The translations under genes and the position numbers were made by a program. From Candidatus Gottesmanbacteria bacterium (GTDB taxonomy: Bacteria; Patescibacteriota; Microgenomatia; 2-02-FULL-39-11), in NCBI GenBank assembly GCA_016186795.1, contig JACPKY010000002.1, positions 989,892 through 1,053,891 of the forward strand: a DNA stretch of 64,000 bases. The letters are read 5' to 3'. Below are positions 47,445 to 56,779 of this stretch, in pieces. How positions within the stretch are numbered: position 1 is the first letter of the stretch; the number at the start of each line of letters is the position of its first letter. The notes below the pieces were generated by a model that had not been told where the DNA came from, searched no databases, and saw only the letters and a list, made by a program, of their open reading frames with translations.

Positions 47445-48200
47445 TCAAGATGACGAACCAGATCCTACTGTATCGGCAAGTCCCGGTCTCCAGCCGCCGG
47501 AAACTTCTAGATTTGCTCCATTGATATAGCCCGATTCTTCTTTCAAAAGAAAATTGATTGCATTGATAATATCTTCAAACTGGGCATATTTCCCTGTTGG
47601 GGTTTTTGCTTTGGCGACACTTGTTTTTAAAATTCCCGGCGAAATACTATTAATTGTGATTCCATATTTAGCGTATTCGAAAGCCAAGACTTTGGTAAGG
47701 AGAATTACTCCAGTTTTCGCAATATAGTAGGGAGTCGTATTTTTCCGGACAGTCAAAGTATCTGCGGCAACGCAACCGAAATTGATTATTCGCCCCCAGT
47801 TTTTCTTCATCATTGAAGGAAGAGCTTTCTGGCAGCAAAGAAATGAAGAGTAGAGGTTACTTTCAATAACATCCTGGAATTTTTCAAATGTGGTTGTCGT
47901 GATAGGTTCAAAGATAAAGTTACCGACAAGATTTACGAGAATATCAATTCCCCCCTTTTCCTTTTCAATGGTTTGGAAAAGATGGTTAATCTCATTTTTC
48001 TTTGTTACATCAGCCTGAACAAGGAAGCCCGAAGAGTATTTTTTAACCTCTTTTAGAGTTTCAAAAGATGCACTTTCGCTTTTGTGGCAGTTAATAAAGA
48101 CGGTTACACCTTGTCTCGCAAGGTTAACGGCAATTGCTCGTCCCAGATTCTTTGCAGAACCTGTGATAAGAGCGGTTTTTTCTCTTAAAACTTGTGGCAT
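47445..48200 (-). CDS. short-chain dehydrogenase/reductase
   Basis: TGSAKNLG; YYIAK; ISPG; EVSGG. Confidence 0.85.
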   Translation of the reverse strand: MPQVLREKTALITGSAKNLGRAIAVNLARQGVTVFINCHKSESASFETLKEVKKYSSGFLVQADVTKKNEINHLFQTIEKEKGGIDILVNLVGNFIFEPITTTTFEKFQDVIESNLYSSFLCCQKALPSMMKKNWGRIINFGCVAADTLTVRKNTTPYYIAKTGVILLTKVLAFEYAKYGITINSISPGILKTSVAKAKTPTGKYAQFEDIINAINFLLKEESGYINGANLEVSGGWRPGLADTVGSGSSS

Positions 48201-48250
48201 ATCAAAAATACTCAAACAATCCTCAGTTTTTTGGGTATAATGCAGTGGCA

Positions 48251-49609
48251 ATGATAGATTCATTTCCTGCCGCAGTCAAGTTTCTAGAAAATTATATTCC
48301 AGATCCAACAAAAAAATTCCCGGGAGAGCTGGGGTTACTCCGGATGAGGACACTGATGGAATTTTTAGGAAACCCCCAAGATTCGTACCCCACCATTCAT
48401 GTCGGAGGAACATCAGGAAAGGGCTCTGCAGCAACTCTTATTGCCTCAATACTCTCACAGAAGTATATCGTGGGACTTCATACCTCGCCGCATTTGGTGA
48501 GTATTAGAGAGAGGATCAAAATCTTTTCAAAAAATAAACAACAGGTAACAGATAACAATAAAAATAATATATCTGAGGAAAAGTTTGTTCATATCTTACA
48601 GGAAGTTATTTCTGCAATACAGAAGTTGGAGAAGAGTGAATTGGGAAAACCTAGTTACTTTGAGGTTGTGACTGCGATGGCATTTTTGGCCTTTCAAAGA
48701 GAAGAGATGGATATGGCAGTTATCGAGGTGGGAATGGGAGGCAAATTCGATGCGACTAATGTAGTAAAAAAACCTCTCGTTGCCGTTTTAACAAACATAG
48801 GACTTGACCATACTGAAGTTTTAGGAGATACGGTGGAAAAGATTGCGGTCGATAAGTCTGGAATCATCAAATCCGCAGTTGAAGTAGTGTCAGGAGTGAC
48901 TCAGCCATCAGTTATTAAGATTATTGAAACGTCCTGCAGAGAAAAAGGGGCACATTTATCACTTTTGGGAAGAGATTTTTCGTACTCTTTGCAATCTATC
49001 AGTGAGGGGGGGAGTGTATTTGATTATCAAGGGAAACATTCATATGCGAATTTGAATCTTACTTTACAAGGAAGTTATCAAATTGAAAATGCAGCAATTG
49101 GCATCAGATGTATTGAAGTCCTTCCTGAAAAATTCTCACTTTCTGAATCACAGATAAGAAATGGATTAAAAAACGCAACAATTGCAGGTAGATTTGAGAT
49201 TCTTTCTAAAAAACCTCTTATTATTCTTGATGGGGCACATAATGAAGATAAAATAAGAGCATTGATGTCTTCTCTTCGAACTATGTATCCGAAAAAAACT
49301 ATTACAACTCTTCTTGCAATTAAAAATGATAAAAGACAAGAAGCAATGTTACGAGTACTTCTTTTGTATTGTAAAAAAATTATTCTCACAAAATTTTCTC
49401 TTACAACAGATATGGGGGAAACTCTTTCATTCCCCCCTGAAGAGTTGAAAAAAACAATTCTTACTATCGATCCAACTGCAGAAGTTCAAGTCCTTCCCGA
49501 TGTCTCTATTGCCTTGCAACAGGCTAAGCGAGAAATAAAAAGAGATTTGCTTCTTATTACCGGTTCGTTATACTTGGTGGGAGAAGTGAAGAAAGTATTA
49601 AGTATCTAG
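48251..49609 (+). CDS. folC: folylpolyglutamate synthase/dihydrofolate synthase
   Basis: HVGGTSGKGS; TSPHL; EVGMGGKFDATN; GLDH; LDGAHN; TGSLYLVG. Confidence 0.93.
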   Translation: MIDSFPAAVKFLENYIPDPTKKFPGELGLLRMRTLMEFLGNPQDSYPTIHVGGTSGKGSAATLIASILSQKYIVGLHTSPHLVSIRERIKIFSKNKQQVTDNNKNNISEEKFVHILQEVISAIQKLEKSELGKPSYFEVVTAMAFLAFQREEMDMAVIEVGMGGKFDATNVVKKPLVAVLTNIGLDHTEVLGDTVEKIAVDKSGIIKSAVEVVSGVTQPSVIKIIETSCREKGAHLSLLGRDFSYSLQSISEGGSVFDYQGKHSYANLNLTLQGSYQIENAAIGIRCIEVLPEKFSLSESQIRNGLKNATIAGRFEILSKKPLIILDGAHNEDKIRALMSSLRTMYPKKTITTLLAIKNDKRQEAMLRVLLLYCKKIILTKFSLTTDMGETLSFPPEELKKTILTIDPTAEVQVLPDVSIALQQAKREIKRDLLLITGSLYLVGEVKKVLSI

Positions 49610-49624
49610 TATAAATAAGAAAGT

Positions 49625-49960
49625 ATGAAAAAAAACGGTAAATCTTCTGCTATGCAATCAGTAGGAGATATATTGACTAAATTCAATCCTCTCGAGGATA
49701 AGTACATTTCTCGGGAATTCCAAGCTTATGGATATTATTTAGCGGAATCACTCAATGATCTTAAGCATAGGGGAATCTACATGAAACTTGCCAAAACCAT
49801 GCCTCGAGCCCTTTTGGAAAAAGCACTATCATATGTAAAGGACGCCAAAGTAAAGAGGAAGGGCGCACTTTTTATGTGGAAACTGAAAGAGCTTGGAGCA
49901 TGGCCGAAAAAGGAAAAAGTTGAACAGAAACGGAAAAAGATGAAAGATATTCCTTTTTAA
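49625..49960 (+). CDS. hypothetical basic protein
   Basis: 111-aa ORF; EFQAYG..LAE.L.D and LFMWKL. Confidence 0.65.
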   Translation: MKKNGKSSAMQSVGDILTKFNPLEDKYISREFQAYGYYLAESLNDLKHRGIYMKLAKTMPRALLEKALSYVKDAKVKRKGALFMWKLKELGAWPKKEKVEQKRKKMKDIPF

Positions 49961-50886
49961 GAAACAACGTTTTTTGGTTTTTCCGCTATAAATGCTTTGA
50001 TATTCTCAACAACTCCATCACAGAGTCTTTTGTATGATTCCCGCGTGTTATAGGCAATGTGAGGAGTTGCAACGACATTGGACATTTTTAAGAGAGGATT
50101 TCCGGCAGGGAGAGGCTCCTTCTCAAACACGTCAAGACCTGCACCTGCCAGATGTCCATTCTGGAGATATTTGATGAGGGCTTTTTCACTAATGACTTTC
50201 CCTCGAGATGTATTGATAATGACGGTTCCTTTTTGTGTGAGAGAAAGCTCTTTCTCACTCAAAAGATGAAATGTTTTTGGAGTTAAGGGAGTGTTAACCG
50301 AAATGATTTCACTTTTTCTGAGAAGTTTATGAAATTCCTCTTTCGATGATGTGGAGTTGATAGAGAAAACATTCATGCCACATACTTTGGCGAGTTCTTC
50401 AATACGACTCCCAATATGACCGCGGCCAATAATTCCGAGTGTTTTTCCTTTTAACTCAAATCCCTGAAGAGACTTCTCTTTTGGGTTAAAAATACCGCTT
50501 TGGATCTGTTTTGATGCGTGAGGAAGTCGTCGTGCAACTGTGAGCATGAGAAGGAGAGCATGTTCGGCAACAGCTTCTGTTGAAAATGCCGGGACGTTTG
50601 AGACAAGTAATTTTCGTTTTTTGATCGCCTCCATATCCACCCAGTCTTGGTATCCAGTCATTGCCATAACCACGTATTGGAGGTGTGGAGCGTTTGCAAG
50701 TATAGTTTCTGATATATACACCCATTTACTAACAATAATTGTGGCATTGGAAACGAGTTGAAGCACTTCATCCTGTTTTGGCCAATCTGACGGAGACTGT
50801 ATAACCGATCCGAAGTGTTGTAATTGAGTAATATGTTCCTCCATAATCTTAAGATTATCCAGAAAGGCAATTATTGGTTTTTCCAT
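49957..50886 (-). CDS. D-2-hydroxyacid dehydrogenase
   Basis: AVAEH; GIIGRGHIG; INTSRG; LDVFEKEP; TPHIA. Confidence 0.9.
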   Translation of the reverse strand: MEKPIIAFLDNLKIMEEHITQLQHFGSVIQSPSDWPKQDEVLQLVSNATIIVSKWVYISETILANAPHLQYVVMAMTGYQDWVDMEAIKKRKLLVSNVPAFSTEAVAEHALLLMLTVARRLPHASKQIQSGIFNPKEKSLQGFELKGKTLGIIGRGHIGSRIEELAKVCGMNVFSINSTSSKEEFHKLLRKSEIISVNTPLTPKTFHLLSEKELSLTQKGTVIINTSRGKVISEKALIKYLQNGHLAGAGLDVFEKEPLPAGNPLLKMSNVVATPHIAYNTRESYKRLCDGVVENIKAFIAEKPKNVVS

Positions 50887-50906
50887 ATGGTATGATTATA
50901 AGAGAA

Positions 50907-51479
50907 ATGCGAAGGAAAGCAAAAAAAATCTACCAGAAGAGAAAGCAAATTCGGCAGCGGTATCTTCGTATCGGAGTACTTCTCCTTACAATACTCACCC
51001 TTTTTCTTATCGTTGGTCGTAAAAGAGATTTCTATCAGTTTGAAAATCTTGGCTACTTGGGATTATTTCTTATTAATGTGTTCTCCAATGCAACAGTTCT
51101 TATCCCACTTCCTTCCTTCATTGCCGTATTTATCGGCGGTGCACTCTGGAATCCTTTCCTTGTTGGAGTAATCAGCGGACTAGGGAATGCTGTAGGAGAA
51201 TTGGTAGGATTTTTCTTAGGATACGGGGGTCGGGGGATTATTAACCACTTGGAGGGGAGTCAAAAAACGTGGTTCAAAAAAGTAGAAGCATGGTTTCGGA
51301 AAAGCGGCTTTGTCACGATATTTATCACCTCTGCTATTCCACTGCCTTTTTTTGATATTGTAGGAATAGTTTCTGGGACACTCAATTATCCGCTGTGGAA
51401 GTTTTTTATCGCGACCGCGTTAGGAAGAATCCTCAGAAACATTATTCTGGCCTGGTCAGGAGCGAAGATTATTCCTTAA
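50907..51479 (+). CDS. VTT/DedA-family membrane protein
   Basis: GELVGFFLGYGG; IPLPFFDIVG; GRILR. Confidence 0.8.
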   Translation: MRRKAKKIYQKRKQIRQRYLRIGVLLLTILTLFLIVGRKRDFYQFENLGYLGLFLINVFSNATVLIPLPSFIAVFIGGALWNPFLVGVISGLGNAVGELVGFFLGYGGRGIINHLEGSQKTWFKKVEAWFRKSGFVTIFITSAIPLPFFDIVGIVSGTLNYPLWKFFIATALGRILRNIILAWSGAKIIP

Positions 51480-51533
51480 TTTTTCTTATTTTTTTGTTCG
51501 CTCAAAGAAATAGGAAAAGAAAGAGCATCCCGA

Positions 51534-51812
51534 ATGGATAGTAAACGCGTGCATATTTTTATCAAAGGTGATGTCATAGGGGTTGGATTTAGAACATGGA
51601 CTGTAAGGAAAGCTGTGGAGTTAGGAGTAACAGGTTGGGTACGGAATAAAGATCATGAAATGGTAGAGGCTGTGTTTGAAGGGAAAAAGAAAGATGTCGA
51701 TAAAATGGTAGCGGCTTGCCGCAAAGGACCAGAGGTGTCATATGTTGAGACTCTTGTAATTCAAAACGAAGCGGTACCTTTTGAATTTTCGGATTTCCAA
51801 ATTCATTTCTAA
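51534..51812 (+). CDS. acyP: acylphosphatase
   Basis: G.V.GVGFR; GWVRN; KGP. Confidence 0.9.
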   Translation: MDSKRVHIFIKGDVIGVGFRTWTVRKAVELGVTGWVRNKDHEMVEAVFEGKKKDVDKMVAACRKGPEVSYVETLVIQNEAVPFEFSDFQIHF

Positions 51813-51856
51813 CCCTTCCCTTGCCAAACTATAATTAGTGTGCATACAATGGAAGT

Positions 51857-52507
51857 ATGCGAAAGCACGAAATTTTCCTCGTCTGGTTTGGGATATTCCT
51901 CATCTGGTCACTTTTTCGGGCGAGCTTCGTTTTTCCAGAATGGGTTGATGAACTCCTTGTAAAACCACTTGTCTTTGTTGTTCCGGTACTTATCGTTGTC
52001 CATTTCATTGAAAAGAGAGGTATTGGAAGTCTTGGGTTAGTACAAAAACCAGCTGCTTTTTTACAAGACTTGTATCTGGGAGTTGCAATCGGAGCACTTT
52101 TTGCAATTGAAGGGATGGTAGCAAACTATCTCAAGTACGGAACTGTTTCTTTTGGGCCCATTCTTGCCGTCAAACTTACCGGAGGGCTTGGGACATTTCT
52201 TGTATTGAACTTTTTTACGTCAGTGTGGGAAGAAATCCTCGGGCGCGGATACCTCTATAAACGGATGAATGAGTTTTCAAAGAATCAGTTTTGGGCGGCA
52301 GTTTCTTCTAGTTTCCTTTTCCTTCTTCTTCACATTCCCATTGTATTTACGAGACTTCATTTAACTGGTGTTGCTCTTGTTGTGTATCCGATATCAATTC
52401 TGCTTTTGGGGATTACAAATAGTTACCTTTACTCTTTCCGGAAATCTCTTACTCTTCCAATTCTTGTCCACACATTTTGGAATCTGACGGTTGCACTTTT
52501 TCTTTAA
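51857..52507 (+). CDS. CPBP/Abi-family intramembrane glutamic endopeptidase
   Basis: EEILGRG; FLLLH; HTFWN. Confidence 0.85.
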   Translation: MRKHEIFLVWFGIFLIWSLFRASFVFPEWVDELLVKPLVFVVPVLIVVHFIEKRGIGSLGLVQKPAAFLQDLYLGVAIGALFAIEGMVANYLKYGTVSFGPILAVKLTGGLGTFLVLNFFTSVWEEILGRGYLYKRMNEFSKNQFWAAVSSSFLFLLLHIPIVFTRLHLTGVALVVYPISILLLGITNSYLYSFRKSLTLPILVHTFWNLTVALFL

Positions 52508-52719
52508 CCCTCTTGTGCAACATCATAGTCAAGAGTTTTGATGATGGTAATAAGTTTCTCCGGTGATATTTTTCCTTCCTCATACGTAACTGTTGTTTCT
52601 GCTTTGGCGTAATTGGTATTTGCTTCCGTTACTCCATCAGTATCTTCAAGCTCTCCATCAATATTAATGGCACAACTTGAGCAGTGCATTCCAACGATTT
52701 TCAAAGTAATCGTTTTCAT
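52504..52719 (-). CDS. copZ: heavy-metal-binding chaperone (CopZ-like)
   Basis: GMHCSSC HMA motif, 71 aa. Confidence 0.88.
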   Translation of the reverse strand: MKTITLKIVGMHCSSCAINIDGELEDTDGVTEANTNYAKAETTVTYEEGKISPEKLITIIKTLDYDVAQEG

Positions 52720-53765
52720 ATCACATGAATAATCCCACTGTACATTCCCATGCTGCAGGTAAAGCGGATATCTTGAGGATTATCTGGTGCCTGAAACTGA
52801 ACGAGCTCAGTTCTTCCCTCCCGGACAATTTTTTGCACGTTCATCTTGGGTATCGTAAATGCTTGAACACATCCTGCTCCTCCTTGGTTAACTAACTTAA
52901 GAGTGACTTTTGAACTGGTAGGCACTGAGATCGATTGGGGACTATACCCGGAACTACTTATATAGATGGTATGTTCTGCTGAAGGAATCGTTTGTGACCC
53001 TTTCACATTCCCTGCTGCATACAATTTTGACCCTTCGCAGATAATAATAAATGAGCAGCTTAGTTTTGATACGAATCTATCAAGAGTCATGGTACTTCCA
53101 GAGAGGATGAGCGCTGCGTTGATATTAAATACTGCCAGAAGAAGAATAGCAAATGCGGCAAAACGCATAAATGTTTTTTGGAAAACTTCGGAAAGTTTTC
53201 CTGCAAGATAACTTAAAATGAAAAAAAGTGGTGAAGTGCCTACGATGAATGCAAACATTATGGCAGCACCAAGGAGTGGACTTCCAGAAGCAATTGCAAG
53301 AGCCATCATGGCTTGAGTTGTTCCACAGGGGATGAAAATAGTAAAAGCTCCTAAAATTGCCGGTGCAAATAAATCTCCACTTTTGGACTGATTTCTCACC
53401 ATTCTTCGTACAAATTTTGGCGGTTGGATAATAAAGTAACGAAATATGGGGTGCACGTCCAAGATATTTAAAGCAGTTCCAATCATAAATATACTAACCG
53501 CTATTTGGAGAATAACCTGTGTAGTAATGGAAAGTTGAAAGAACGATCCCAAAAGCCCAAGGAATGCTCCTAAAATCGTATAGGCAATAAGTTTGGTAGT
53601 TAAAAATGAGAGAATAGGGAGGGCGTGGCCAGACTTTTCAGCATCATTTTTTAGTTTTTCCTCAGCCCGTTGGGCAATTGTTGCCGCAAGAAGGCCTCCT
53701 TGGACTGCAAGGCATGTTAGACCTCCAGTAAAAAGACCAGTTGCAAAAACGGCAAAAAGGTTCAT
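52716..53765 (-). CDS. DsbD_2/TauE-like membrane protein fused to a cupredoxin domain
   Basis: TCLAVQGG; IPCG; C-terminal GC...FTCSMGMY. Confidence 0.8.
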   Translation of the reverse strand: MNLFAVFATGLFTGGLTCLAVQGGLLAATIAQRAEEKLKNDAEKSGHALPILSFLTTKLIAYTILGAFLGLLGSFFQLSITTQVILQIAVSIFMIGTALNILDVHPIFRYFIIQPPKFVRRMVRNQSKSGDLFAPAILGAFTIFIPCGTTQAMMALAIASGSPLLGAAIMFAFIVGTSPLFFILSYLAGKLSEVFQKTFMRFAAFAILLLAVFNINAALILSGSTMTLDRFVSKLSCSFIIICEGSKLYAAGNVKGSQTIPSAEHTIYISSSGYSPQSISVPTSSKVTLKLVNQGGAGCVQAFTIPKMNVQKIVREGRTELVQFQAPDNPQDIRFTCSMGMYSGIIHVI

Positions 53766-53795
53766 AGGGTCTATTGTATCAAGAAGCTAGAAAGA

Positions 53796-54230
53796 TTAAT
53801 ACTCCCATGCATTCTGCCACATTTTCATCTGATCAATCTCACGCATTTGAGCGGAAATGATATCCTCTGCAAGTTTCTTGATCTCATCGTGCTTCGCGCT
53901 TATTTTTGCCTCTTTGGCCATATCGATTGCGCCTTGATGATGGATAATCATCGAAGAAATAAATGCGCGATCAAATTCATCTCCTGTTTTTCCCCTCATC
54001 GACCCCATCATATCGTCCATACTTGAATTCATACCCATCATGTTTTGGAAATTCTCTCCCTCGTTTTGTTTGTTCATCATTGAAGATTGTTCTTGATTTG
54101 TGAAGCGCATTCCCATCATTTGCATCATGCCGGTCATATTATTGTTCACAACACTCGTTGCCATAAACCAGACGATAATGCCGCCTAAAAGCACCCCAAT
54201 GACTCCATATACTAACGGATCTCTTTTCAT
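53796..54230 (-). CDS. DUF305/CopM-like Met-rich metal-binding protein
   Basis: FDRAFISSMIIHHQGAIDMA; IISAQ.REI; RBS GGAGGTG. Confidence 0.85.
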   Translation of the reverse strand: MKRDPLVYGVIGVLLGGIIVWFMATSVVNNNMTGMMQMMGMRFTNQEQSSMMNKQNEGENFQNMMGMNSSMDDMMGSMRGKTGDEFDRAFISSMIIHHQGAIDMAKEAKISAKHDEIKKLAEDIISAQMREIDQMKMWQNAWEY

Positions 54231-54315
54231 TTTTTCACCTCCCTTCATAAGAAAGTTCTATCTTATTCCTTTCCATACGATATGCTCATTCACATTCATT
54301 ATTTTATCAATGTAT

Positions 54316-54747
54316 TCATCGATTGGAAATACTTCTGATGTGGCGTACGAGGAGAAAAATTCCAAAAACATTTGAAACAATCCCAATAATGAGAATAGGC
54401 TTTTGAAACTGAATAAGAAGGGTTGAAAAGATGGCGATACCAAGGAAGGGGAGGATGTCGGTAAGGTGGTGAGCACAGCAGGCAACCATCGATACCGTCG
54501 AGGTTGTAGAGGAAAATGTCATCATTCGTTTGTTGCTGGTTCTGAGATGTTCTCTGAGATGTCTATATAACCCAACTTGGATACCGAATCCTACAATAAG
54601 TGGAATCATAAAATACCAAAGCGTCGTAAATTGGGTCCAGGAAGCATCAAAAGAACCGGTAAGAACACGCATGAGAAGAAGGTAGAATCCGAAGAGCACA
54701 GTTGCTGCTCCTATTCCTGTCAAGGTCGATACAACGTATTTTCTCAT
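54316..54747 (-). CDS. membrane protein with CCAHH motif
   Basis: 4 TM; SMVACCAHH. Confidence 0.7.
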   Translation of the reverse strand: MRKYVVSTLTGIGAATVLFGFYLLLMRVLTGSFDASWTQFTTLWYFMIPLIVGFGIQVGLYRHLREHLRTSNKRMMTFSSTTSTVSMVACCAHHLTDILPFLGIAIFSTLLIQFQKPILIIGIVSNVFGIFLLVRHIRSISNR

Positions 54748-55016
54748 TTATTCTTCAAAAGAGCGTTGTAGACAAAAGCAAATATATACCCTGTAACGTA
54801 GGCGGCAAGGGTAAACGTAATAAATCCCCACACAAAGGTGCCAATGTCAGACGGGGATTGCCTCCAGACTTTCTCTGCATCAATTCCATGCATCCATGAC
54901 GCTGCAACGCTTTTGTAAAGATCAGGCGCTATAGAAACTATGAGTGTGCAAAGAAGGTAATACCCTCCGGAAACAATGGCCAGTGCCAAAGATAGAGTTT
55001 TTTCAGGTATTTTCAT
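54744..55016 (-). CDS. small membrane protein (DUF5676-like)
   Basis: YLLC..; WMHGID; FVYN; RBS AGGGGGTGAG before ATG 55016. Confidence 0.7.
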   Translation of the reverse strand: MKIPEKTLSLALAIVSGGYYLLCTLIVSIAPDLYKSVAASWMHGIDAEKVWRQSPSDIGTFVWGFITFTLAAYVTGYIFAFVYNALLKNK

Positions 55017-55033
55017 CTGTCTCACCCCCTTTA

Positions 55034-55195
55034 GAGCCTGTTTGAAAAGTCGCATTCTACTGCAAGTCTGCAGGATTTGGCTGCAAAGCGCTTATCGCTC
55101 CTAGAAGTATCCTTCGTATACTCCGTCGTCACGATGCGTGCTTTTCGCTCAAACCTGCAGCCTTTCGCGACGTATGGGACTTTTCAAACAGGCTC
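55034..55195. mobile_element. 162-bp MITE with 18-bp perfect TIRs and TTA target duplication
   Basis: tta-GAGCCTGTTTGAAAAGTC...GACTTTTCAAACAGGCTC-tta; inner CTGCAGG/CCTGCAG. Confidence 0.85.
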
Positions 55196-55354
55196 TTAAT
55201 GTTTATGATCTTTCATCATAAAAATCATCATGAGCGGACAAATAAGTACAAGAGCGTATGGTGCAAGACTTGAAATACTATTTCCGCCAAAAAGAAAAGA
55301 TCCCGAGATAAATGCAAGAATAATGCCAATGATCCATAAAAAATTAGGTTTCAT
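55196..55354 (-). CDS. DUF2933-like 52-aa membrane protein (below the ORF-track cutoff)
   Basis: MKPNFLWIIG...LVLICPLMMIFMMKDHKH; RBS GGAGGTG. Confidence 0.75.
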   Translation of the reverse strand: MKPNFLWIIGIILAFISGSFLFGGNSISSLAPYALVLICPLMMIFMMKDHKH

Positions 55355-55368
55355 ACGTATCACCTCCC

Positions 55369-55836
55369 TTACAGGGAAAAAGGGAATGTTCGACGGTTTA
55401 CCCCCGCAAGATCTGAAATAATAAGACTATAGGGAAGATCACGCTTTGGGAAAAAGATCTCGGCTTTTCTGTGATGACCGCTTCCGCTTTCCGATACCGA
55501 TGTAGTTGGGAGAATCTCTCCATTTTTTTCTAAGGTTACTCCGGTTTGGAAACGAAATGCATCAAAATTCACATCGTGCGTATCCAGAGAAATTGAAAAG
55601 ACGTTTGATGAAATTGATTTTTCCGGAATAAAAATTACTGTCGCTGTAACACCCGCTTCCTCTTTTGTTTGCTCCATATTCTTTGGGAGAGTTTCTTGCA
55701 AGGTTTGGGAAGGGGAATCGGCACCCCATTTTTTCCCGCGTTCAACCGGTTTGGGATTTGCCAGTTGGTAGATTGCAATAATCCCAATCAGAATGATTAC
55801 GATTCCTAACAATTTATACACCGCAACCTCCACCAC
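55369..55836 (-). CDS. membrane-anchored hypothetical protein
   Basis: N-terminal TM; LDTHDV and SGHHR His motifs. Confidence 0.65.
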   Translation of the reverse strand: MVEVAVYKLLGIVIILIGIIAIYQLANPKPVERGKKWGADSPSQTLQETLPKNMEQTKEEAGVTATVIFIPEKSISSNVFSISLDTHDVNFDAFRFQTGVTLEKNGEILPTTSVSESGSGHHRKAEIFFPKRDLPYSLIISDLAGVNRRTFPFSL

Positions 55837-56779
55837 CAGTTACTTTTGGCAAAAGTCCTTCATCTTGGAGGAGCTTACTTATTTTTCTGTATCCTTGTCC
55901 ACTTGAGTACTCACTTCCAAGTACCTCTTTTGCATCGACACTCTTCCATGGCGTATTTTTCTTCTTCTGGAAATATACAGCCAGATCTGCGTACGTTTGC
56001 GGGAACCAGTAGGAGTTAAGTGCAAGAGCTTTCTGGTAGATTTTCTCCTTTGGTAACCCTTGGGACACTGCAAGTTCCAAAAAGCCGAGCATGGCAGCCC
56101 CATGGTTGCAATCTGGGAAGTACGTACTATTGCCGCAACATGAGCGGAAGATACTTTCGGCAAGTTCTTTCACCAGAGTTTCTTGTTCCCTCGATAGCGG
56201 AAGAATCGGAAAACGGTTGAAAAGGGTTCCTCCCGGCTCTTTCCCAAGTGTCCATCCACCGGTTGAAGCAAAACTTCCGACATCTTTGGCATACTCTTTT
56301 CCCATTGGTCCATCGGCAAGTACATTTGTTTTATTGGCAATTCCCAGAGGCCAGAGAAGGTTAAGAAAAAGATTGGCATTCTCTGCCGTGATCACAAGCT
56401 TTTCGTCGGATGGTTTGTCAAGAAGTGCTTGTTCTTGGGGAGTAAGTCCTCCTCTTGCCTGGTAGAGAGAAATGAATTTTTCTTTATCTATTGCACCTAC
56501 TTCTACAAGCCGGACTATTGTATCTTTCAATGTTACCTCCAGGGGAACAGATTCAGGAAGTACGTCCTTTGTTATTTCTTCAAGTTGCTTTTCCAAAGAA
56601 GGAGTAGGGGTTGGGGAAGCGTTGAATAAACGAGTAAGTGTTACAAGATTTGATCTTGTTTTTGCAACTGCAAGAGGGGCAATATTGAGAAGAAAGGCTG
56701 CAAATAAAAATCCTGTTATCAGTCCTATGAAATACTGTTTATTTTTCTTTATGTTTTTTTTCCATGAGTTTACTTTCAT
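55814..56779 (-). CDS. exported Cys/His-motif protein
   Basis: N-terminal TM; RSCCGNSTYFPDCNHG; C-terminal GGGCGV. Confidence 0.7.
   Translation of the reverse strand: MKVNSWKKNIKKNKQYFIGLITGFLFAAFLLNIAPLAVAKTRSNLVTLTRLFNASPTPTPSLEKQLEEITKDVLPESVPLEVTLKDTIVRLVEVGAIDKEKFISLYQARGGLTPQEQALLDKPSDEKLVITAENANLFLNLLWPLGIANKTNVLADGPMGKEYAKDVGSFASTGGWTLGKEPGGTLFNRFPILPLSREQETLVKELAESIFRSCCGNSTYFPDCNHGAAMLGFLELAVSQGLPKEKIYQKALALNSYWFPQTYADLAVYFQKKKNTPWKSVDAKEVLGSEYSSGQGYRKISKLLQDEGLLPKVTGGGGCGV

Noticed and set aside
51481-51518. T-rich/A-rich hairpin similar to the one at 46071
   Set aside because: Low-complexity similarity; adequately explained as a terminator-like hairpin
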